From Limisphaerales bacterium (GTDB lineage Bacteria; Verrucomicrobiota; Verrucomicrobiia; Limisphaerales; UBA11358): a stretch of DNA of 37,403 nucleotides. Below the pieces are notes generated by a model. It made no database searches and was not told the origin of the DNA. It saw nothing but the letters and a program-made list of their open reading frames with translations. Location: NCBI GenBank assembly GCA_043749955.1, contig JAYVCM010000134.1, positions 1 through 37,403 of the forward strand, given 5' to 3'. A program made the translations under genes and the position numbers. Each line of letters opens with the position of its first letter. Position 1 is the stretch's first letter. Positions 32,018-37,403 of the stretch are shown here, piece after piece.

Positions 32018-32202
32018 GGTAGGGCGGCGCTGCCGCGCCGCCCAAATTTCCCCGCCAGAACAAGCGCAGCGATGTTCTGGCCTGCGGGATTGACGCGCGC
32101 TGGTTCCGTCCAGCCACGCTGCGCGGGCTGACGGGGGAGAAATGGGCAGAGCGGCAGCTCTGCCCTGCCAAAATTGGTAGGGCGGCGCTGCCGCGCCGCC
32201 CC
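32018..32202. repeat. REP cluster (BIME-like) downstream of the RAYT gene
   Basis: Palindromes GGGCGGCGC-TGCC-GCGCCGCCC (32021..32043 and 32179..32201) and GGGCAGAGC-GGCA-GCTCTGCCC (32144..32165). Confidence 0.85.
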
Positions 32203-32206
32203 AATT

Positions 32207-32686
32207 TCAATCCGCCGACCAACGGATTTCATGCACGCGTCCGAAATAAGGCCAGTCCTCCGGTCGCTCCGCCAGCTTGTGCCGGACGGGATTGTCCCGG
32301 ACGTATTGCCGTTTCTGCGCGTAACTTTCGCCATCCCGCAGGCGATGATGAAAACCGCCGTCTTGAAAAATTCCCGTGTCCGGCTGCGACTTGGCCAGGC
32401 GGTCTTTCCAAAAGGCGATCCCGCGTTCGATGGTGAATTTCCAATCCCGCGGCGCGCAGAACAGATGCAGATGATCGGGCAGCAGCAGATAATCACTGAC
32501 CAGCCAGGCGGTGGCCTTGTGTTCCCAAATCTCATGCAGCGCCCGCTGGACGGATGCCTGCGCCAGCCAGCGGTCCCGTTTCGCGGTGCAGACGGTGAGA
32601 AAAACCCAGTTCGGACCGCCGGCGGAAACGTGAACGCCCTTCGCCGGCGTGTGTCGTCCCGGTTCGTGGAAAGGGATTTCGGACAT
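32207..32686 (-). CDS. REP-associated tyrosine transposase (RAYT; IS200/IS605 TnpA-like Y1 HUH enzyme)
   Basis: HUH motif LLLPDHLHLFCAP. C-terminal catalytic Tyr context RQYVRDNPVRHKLAERPEDWPY. 159 aa. Flanked on both sides by REP palindromes. Confidence 0.85.
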   Translation of the reverse strand: MSEIPFHEPGRHTPAKGVHVSAGGPNWVFLTVCTAKRDRWLAQASVQRALHEIWEHKATAWLVSDYLLLPDHLHLFCAPRDWKFTIERGIAFWKDRLAKSQPDTGIFQDGGFHHRLRDGESYAQKRQYVRDNPVRHKLAERPEDWPYFGRVHEIRWSAD

Positions 32687-32762
32687 GGCGAAATTTTTAG
32701 CGGAAGGCGGACGAAGGGAAAAGTTTTTTCGTCACGCGTTCAAAGCGCGTGACGGGAGAAAT

Positions 32763-32951
32763 GGGCGGAGCGGCAGCTCTGCCCTACCAAATGTTGGTGG
32801 TAGGGCGGCGCTGCCGCGCCGCCCAAACTTTCCCGCCGGAACCAGCGCAGCGAAGTTCCGGCCTTCGGGTTTGACGCGGACTGATTCCGTCAGCATCGCT
32901 TCGCTGGCTGACGGGGGAGAATGGGGCAGAGCGGCAGCTCTGCCCTGCCAA
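32763..32951. repeat. REP cluster (BIME-like) upstream of the RAYT gene
   Basis: GGGCGGAGCGGCAGCTCTGCCCT (32763..32785), GGTAGGGCGGCGCTGCCGCGCCGCCC (32799..32824) and GGGCAGAGCGGCAGCTCTGCCC (32925..32946). Confidence 0.85.
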
Positions 32952-33014
32952 TCTTTGCTTGCGCCAGAAATTTCCACTTCGCGTCTTTGCGCGTTTGTTG
33001 TTAAAATTTTCCGC

Positions 33015-34067
33015 ATGAGCAAAACCGCACTCCTGTTTGCCGGCCAAGGCGCGCAAGTCATCGGCATGGGCAAAGACCTCGCCGAAAAATTTCCATCCGC
33101 CCAGGCGTGGTTCGACCGCGCCAATGCCGCGCTCGGCTACGACCTCGCCGGCATCTGTTTCCATGGCCCGGAAGCCGACCTGACGAAAACCGAAAACGCC
33201 CAGCCGGGAATTTTCCTTGTGAGCTGGGTCTGCTTTGAGTTGCTCAAGGAGCGCGTTGGAGTTGGAGCTCAAGCTTTAGCTTGTTCCGCCGCAGACACGC
33301 TAAAGCGTGAACTCCAACTGAAATTTGACGCCACCGCCGGTTTGTCGCTCGGCGAATTCACGGCGCTCACGGCGGCGGGTGCGATGAGTTTTGAGGACGG
33401 ACTGCGCGTCGTGCGCCAGCGCGGAAAATTCATGCAGGAAGCGTGCGACGTGACCAAAGGCGGCATGGCCGCGATCATCGGTCTCGACGAAACGCTGACG
33501 CGCGAAGTTTGTGCCGAAGCCGGAGTGGTGCTGGCGAATTTGAATTGCCCCGGCCAGCTTGTCATTTCCGGCGAGGCGGAAAAAATTGTGAAGGCGTGCG
33601 AACTCGCCAAGGCCAGGGGTGCGAAACGCGCGCTGCCGTTGTCGGTGGCGGGCGCGTATCACTCACCGCTCATGGCCAGCGCGCAGCCGAAGCTCGCGGC
33701 GGAACTGGCGAAAACAAAAATTTCTTTCCCTCTCGTGCCGGTGATTTCAAATGTGACGGCGCAGGCTCATGTAGTGGCACAGGCTTCCAGCCTGTGTGTT
33801 GCTGATGGGGCGGTTGCGGCGACAGGAACTCACAGGCAAGATGCCTGTGCCACTATTTCCGCGCGGCTCGTTGAGCAAGTTTGTGCGTCAGTGCGCTGGG
33901 AAGAATCCATGCGTGCATTGCTGGCGCAGGGTTTTACGCGGTTCATCGAACTCGGCCCCGGCACGGCGTTGAGCGGTTTCATGAAGCGCATTGATAAGAC
34001 CGCGCAGATGCTGAACGTGTCGGATGCGGCGAGCTTGGAGGCGACGGCAAAAACTTTGAACGGTTAG
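33015..34067 (+). CDS. fabD: Malonyl-CoA:ACP transacylase, carrying two in-frame repeat insertions
   Basis: MSKTALLFAGQGAQVIGMG, nucleophile elbow GLSLGEF, RGKFMQEA, MAAIIGL, LNCPGQLVISG, AKRALPLSVAGAYHSPLM. At 350 aa it is about 40 aa longer than typical FabD. The 122-aa upstream extension in the track reads through REPs. Confidence 0.93.
   Translation: MSKTALLFAGQGAQVIGMGKDLAEKFPSAQAWFDRANAALGYDLAGICFHGPEADLTKTENAQPGIFLVSWVCFELLKERVGVGAQALACSAADTLKRELQLKFDATAGLSLGEFTALTAAGAMSFEDGLRVVRQRGKFMQEACDVTKGGMAAIIGLDETLTREVCAEAGVVLANLNCPGQLVISGEAEKIVKACELAKARGAKRALPLSVAGAYHSPLMASAQPKLAAELAKTKISFPLVPVISNVTAQAHVVAQASSLCVADGAVAATGTHRQDACATISARLVEQVCASVRWEESMRALLAQGFTRFIELGPGTALSGFMKRIDKTAQMLNVSDAASLEATAKTLNG
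33255..33318. repeat. Family H repeat inside fabD
   Basis: GTTGGAGTTGGAGCTCAAGCTTTAGCTTGTTCCGCCGCAGACACGCTAAAGCGTGAACTCCAAC. Termini GTTGGAGTT/AACTCCAAC are inverted. Matches 26643..26706. Translated as VGVGAQALACSAADTLKRELQL. Confidence 0.8.
33771..33855. repeat. Family G palindromic element inside fabD
   Basis: GTAGTGGCACAGGCTTCCAGCCTGTGTG ... CTCACAGGCAAGATGCCTGTGCCACTA. Both ends match the reverse complement of the prmC copy. Translated as VVAQASSLCVADGAVAATGTHRQDACAT. Confidence 0.85.
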
Positions 34068-34140
34068 ACCGGCCGGAAAGCCCAGGCCCAAAGATGATTT
34101 TCCGTTTTGATTTTTTCCCTGTGCAGCGTAGTTTGCGGGC

Positions 34141-34467
34141 ATGAAAAAAATCCTTTCCCGCCTCGCCGCCGTGTCCGCCGCCATTTTTCTCGCCGGCTGC
34201 GGGGACAGCACTAGTTCCACCGCCCCCAGCACCAACGCGGCGGACATCAACAACCCGCTCGTGAACGCCAAGCGGACGGCGGACAAGACGTCCGAGGCGG
34301 CGGCGCTCAACTCGGCCGTGCAGTTGTTCAATGTGCAGGAGGGGCGCTACCCGAAAGATCTCCCCGAACTGACGCCGAAATATATCCGCAGCCTTCCCGC
34401 CGCGCCGCTCGGCTACAAATTTTCCTACGACGCGAAGAAAGGCGAGGCCAGCGTGGTGCGAGAATAA
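34141..34467 (+). CDS. Small lipoprotein with a GspG/pseudopilin-like C-terminal segment
   Basis: Signal peptide plus lipobox MKKILSRLAAVSAAIFLAGCG. NSAVQLFNVQEGRYPKDLPELTPKYIRSLP resembles the body of type II secretion pseudopilins. Confidence 0.65.
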   Translation: MKKILSRLAAVSAAIFLAGCGDSTSSTAPSTNAADINNPLVNAKRTADKTSEAAALNSAVQLFNVQEGRYPKDLPELTPKYIRSLPAAPLGYKFSYDAKKGEASVVRE

Positions 34468-34508
34468 ATCTTTTAGCAGCGTTTTCAATTGAACGAGCGC
34501 TGTCGAAA

Positions 34509-34635
34509 TCGCGAAGCGTCTGGACTGCGTCCGCTTTTGCGACGCTTTCGTGCGGGCGAAAGCTCACAAACTTTCAACCGTCCCGGTGCGCATCAAAAGC
34601 GGTGCTGAAGCATCCGCAGTCCAGACGCTTCGCGA
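34509..34635. repeat. Long structured inverted-repeat element between convergent genes
   Basis: 21-bp perfect arms TCGCGAAGCGTCTGGACTGCG (34509..34529) and CGCAGTCCAGACGCTTCGCGA (34615..34635). Inner arms CCGCTTTTG/CAAAAGCGG. Central hairpin GCTTTCG-TGCGGG-CGAAAGC. Confidence 0.7.
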
Positions 34636-34677
34636 CCACTGATTGCTTGCGTCAGTAGCGGATTTGAAAAGCCCGTT

Positions 34678-36975
34678 TCAGAACGCCAGGTATTTCAGCA
34701 CCTGCACCTCGCGCTTGAAGACCAGCGTGATCGCGTTGTCTTTGAACCACACGTCAAACGGGCACCGGTCACGGGCGTCGTAATACTCCCACATGATGCG
34801 GCCATTTTTTGGATTGATGCGCGCGATGCGAAAGTAAGCCGGCTTCTGGATCATCAGGTCGTTCTGCGCCTCCTCGTCCGTCGGGTTCGGGTCATTGGAC
34901 TGGACGGTGTAAATAAATTTCCCCGACAAGTAGGAAATGAAACCACCGGGCTTGATGCTCCACAAAGTTTTGCCGGTCTTGGGATTCACCTTCATCAGGA
35001 TGTCGTCGGTCTGCTTGTTGATGTCAATCTGGCGCGAATACTTGATGTCATCGGGATTGCCGCTCGTCGTGTTGACATACAGGCTGCCCTGGTCGTCAAA
35101 AAACAATCCGACCACGCCGACGGACGGCAGACGCCAGCGCGCGTTGCCGGTGTTCAACTCAAACGCGCTCAACACGGCCTGGTCAAAAACGTAAAGCGTG
35201 TCGCCGTGTTCCACGCACGGGCCTTCGCCGAACTTGGCTTCTTCGCGGTAAAATCCGCCGCCGCCCGACACGCTGTAGGTCAGCCCGGCCTGCCAGATTT
35301 TTTTGTTGGTCTTGTCGAGGACGATGACCGTCTTGCCCGCCGCGATGACGTTCACGGTCTTCAACGGGAACAACTGCGGCGGCCCGACCACTTCGCCTTT
35401 CCAGTCCGGGGTGCTGGCGGAATCGGGAATATGCACCGTGACTTGATAGCGGCTCTCGTTTTCCGTGACCGTGTCGCCGCCGCTGTTGTGCTGCATCTCG
35501 TTGAGGAGCTCGTTGGCGATGTCGGCGGTCTTGGCCGCGTTCACTTCGCCTTCGAGCGCGGATTTTTTCGGCGGCGCCTTCGCGGCCGAGCGGGTGACGA
35601 AGCGTTCCTCCAGCAGCTTGGCGGAGAATTGCACGAAACCATTCTTCGCCGGGACGAGCTGGAAATTTTCCGCGCCAACGGGAATGGCCGTGGAATTTTT
35701 TGCGCGCGGGCGCTGCGGATCGTCTTTGAGCGCGGCTTCAAGCTGCTGCTCGTGCATGGCGTTGGCGAGCAGCGCGGGCAGGGCGATCTTCGCAGGCAGT
35801 TTTAAATTCTGCGCCTGCGCGGCAACCTTGTTCGGATCCAGCGGCTGTCCGCCGGTGGTTCCGGACAGTGACAATCCGCCGCCGCCGGAATTATCGGCCA
35901 CGAAGAGCGTCTTGGCGCCGGGCGGACGAAATTGTTCCACGCGCGAATCGCCGGTGGCCAGGCTGACGTGCGTGACGGAGCCATCGCCGAGCATGAGCAG
36001 TTCACCGTCGCCCTCGACCAGCGCGCTGCCGTTTTCCGGCAGCGTGATTTCGCGGACGACTTTGCCGGTGACCCAGTCGTAATGCGTGAGCTTGTCGCCC
36101 TTGCCCACCCAGACATCCTGGCCGGAGACGCGCAGCAGCAGTTCGCTTTGGAAGGCGATCCGCGCATCTTTCTCCAGGCTCTCGGCGCTGCGCCGAAGAA
36201 CATAGCCGCCCTCGGCCGCCGCCCTGGCGATGGCTTCACCTTCCACCTTCACCACTGCGGCGACCTCTTCCTTCGAGACGAGCTCCTGCGACCAGACTGG
36301 TTTTTTGGTTTTCAGGTCGTAACGCGCCAGCGTGCCGCCGTGCAGAAAAATCATCTGGTCCTTGCCGACGAGCTGCGATTTGCCGGAGTAGGCGCGGGCG
36401 TTGTCCTCGAAGCGCACGGCAAAATACGGATGCGGCACGGAACCGAACCAGCCATACCAGACCCAGACGCCGAACAGCAAAACGATGACGCCCACGATGG
36501 ACGCAAAGATCAAACCCGTCTTGCGCCAGAACTGCCGCTCGATTTCAAATTTCTGCCCGGCATAAACCGGCGCGGCGATGCCCTTCAAATCCGCCTTGTT
36601 CTTGCACAGCGGCGAACAGAAAAATCCGAACAGCGCCAGGCACTGCGGGCAGATGGGTTTGCCGCAGACGGCGCATTTCTCTGTGTTCAGCACGCCGCGA
36701 TGTTTCTGGCAATACTTGGAGGTTGGCGCGGCTTCCGGCGGCGGCTCCGCCGGTTTTTCCGCGTGTGAAATTTTAAGGCGCGGCGCGGCGCCGGGCGGTG
36801 GCGGCGGCGGGGGCGCGGCGGGGAATTGTTCCTTGATTTCCGCCTGCACGAGCTGGTTGACATACTCCGACGAATCCAGCCCGCAGGTCGGGCACACGAA
36901 GCGCACCGGGCTTTGCGCCATTTCCGGCGTGAGGTCGAAGGCGTATTTCGCGCCGCAGGAGCATTGGATTTTCAT
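34678..36975 (-). CDS. Zinc-ribbon / single-TM / PQQ-like beta-propeller repeat protein
   Basis: N-terminal CxC...CPxC ribbon (MKIQCSCGAKYAFDL...FVCPTCG). Second Cys cluster CQKH...CAVCGKPICPQC. TM segment LIFASIVGVIVLLFGVWVWYGWF. Then repeated beta-propeller blades of the type G.L.A.D..TGK..W. Confidence 0.75.
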   Translation of the reverse strand: MKIQCSCGAKYAFDLTPEMAQSPVRFVCPTCGLDSSEYVNQLVQAEIKEQFPAAPPPPPPPGAAPRLKISHAEKPAEPPPEAAPTSKYCQKHRGVLNTEKCAVCGKPICPQCLALFGFFCSPLCKNKADLKGIAAPVYAGQKFEIERQFWRKTGLIFASIVGVIVLLFGVWVWYGWFGSVPHPYFAVRFEDNARAYSGKSQLVGKDQMIFLHGGTLARYDLKTKKPVWSQELVSKEEVAAVVKVEGEAIARAAAEGGYVLRRSAESLEKDARIAFQSELLLRVSGQDVWVGKGDKLTHYDWVTGKVVREITLPENGSALVEGDGELLMLGDGSVTHVSLATGDSRVEQFRPPGAKTLFVADNSGGGGLSLSGTTGGQPLDPNKVAAQAQNLKLPAKIALPALLANAMHEQQLEAALKDDPQRPRAKNSTAIPVGAENFQLVPAKNGFVQFSAKLLEERFVTRSAAKAPPKKSALEGEVNAAKTADIANELLNEMQHNSGGDTVTENESRYQVTVHIPDSASTPDWKGEVVGPPQLFPLKTVNVIAAGKTVIVLDKTNKKIWQAGLTYSVSGGGGFYREEAKFGEGPCVEHGDTLYVFDQAVLSAFELNTGNARWRLPSVGVVGLFFDDQGSLYVNTTSGNPDDIKYSRQIDINKQTDDILMKVNPKTGKTLWSIKPGGFISYLSGKFIYTVQSNDPNPTDEEAQNDLMIQKPAYFRIARINPKNGRIMWEYYDARDRCPFDVWFKDNAITLVFKREVQVLKYLAF

Positions 36976-36979
36976 GGCG

Positions 36980-37403
36980 TCAGGGCTTGGGATTCAATAG
37001 CACGACGCCCGGCGCGCCGACGAGCGAAAACGTCAGTTGCGCCTTGCCCGCCTGCACGCTGCCGTCGTTCATCAGAAAATTCCCGCCGTATTTGTGATGG
37101 TTGTTGCCCGGTGATTTTCCGCTCGCTGAAAAAACCATTTCGCCCGCGCGCTTCGGCTCGGTGTCCACCTGCCGGTCGGACAGCAAGACCGTTTGCGGCC
37201 CGTCCGGTGCCGACGGGAGTCGGCGGCCCATGTAGTAGGCGTAGCTGATTTTGTGTTGGCGCAACGGTTCGCCGGAGGGAATCTGCGAATCGCGCCCGCC
37301 GGGGCAGATGAAGATGGTCGTGTCCGCCGAGTATTTCGGGACGAGCACGTCCAGCACTTCTTCCGATGTGACGGCGTTGGTGTTCTGCGGCAGCGCGCCC
37401 TTG
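36980..37403 (-). CDS. Prepilin-type H-X9-DG family protein, C-terminal part (5' end lies outside the window)
   Basis: HHKYGGNFLMNDGSV matches H-X9-DG. ISYAYYMG is typical of this family. The reading frame stays open to the window edge. Stop is 4 nt before the next gene start. Confidence 0.75.
   Translation of the reverse strand, partial: KGALPQNTNAVTSEEVLDVLVPKYSADTTIFICPGGRDSQIPSGEPLRQHKISYAYYMGRRLPSAPDGPQTVLLSDRQVDTEPKRAGEMVFSASGKSPGNNHHKYGGNFLMNDGSVQAGKAQLTFSLVGAPGVVLLNPKP

Larger units (their letters stand above)
32018..32951. mobile_element. RAYT locus: REP-associated tyrosine transposase gene bracketed by direct composite REP clusters of about 155 bp
   Basis: Unit 32018..32172 and unit 32799..32951 are direct repeats with roughly 80% identity by eye. 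Each starts with GGTAGGGCGGCGCTGCCGCGCCGCCC and ends with GGGCAGAGCGGCAGCTCTGCCCTGCCAA. Extra single REPs lie at 32176..32202 and 32763..32785. Confidence 0.8.

Overview
GC-rich chromosomal segment. Hand counts of single 60-nt lines give about 68% GC in murA, against 38-43% in one islet gene. Gene content and repeat vocabulary point to Verrucomicrobiota: an H-X9-DG pseudopilin, giant autotransporter-associated beta-strand-repeat proteins, and a Y_Y_Y propeller histidine kinase. I support 24 protein-coding genes, one tRNA-Lys(UUU), three intrinsic terminators and more than 20 repeat copies.

Layout, left to right:
- propeller/Y_Y_Y histidine kinase plus LuxR-type response regulator
- two paralogous secreted beta-strand-repeat proteins (2252 aa and 594 aa)
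- a 740-bp repeat-filled spacer
- MBL-fold hydrolase
- tRNA-Lys
- small hypothetical gene
- a minus-strand string ORF6N - prmC - murA - low-GC Mrr-like nuclease
- HDAC-family deacetylase
- S1/P1 nuclease plus DUF423 protein
- pilT
- polytopic membrane protein plus a second MBL hydrolase
- CHASE8-like histidine kinase plus hybrid kinase
- frameshifted xerD-like recombinase
- a RAYT (REP-associated tyrosine transposase) bracketed by REP clusters
- fabD
- small lipoprotein
- zinc-ribbon/beta-propeller membrane protein
- partial H-X9-DG pseudopilin

The most unusual property is the density of unrelated hairpin/palindromic repeat families, at least nine in 37 kb. Copies of four families sit in frame inside conserved genes: fabD (two), prmC (two), the deacetylase, the ATP lid of one histidine kinase, and the C-terminal tail of another.

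Secondary leads:
- a 17-nt palindrome core present both upstream of and inside the ORF6N gene
- a low-GC Mrr-like nuclease with an uncharacterised N-terminal half appended to murA
- a 2-nt frameshift that separates the catalytic Tyr of the xerD-like gene from the rest of the protein

All functional calls rest on motif recognition by eye. No database search was possible.
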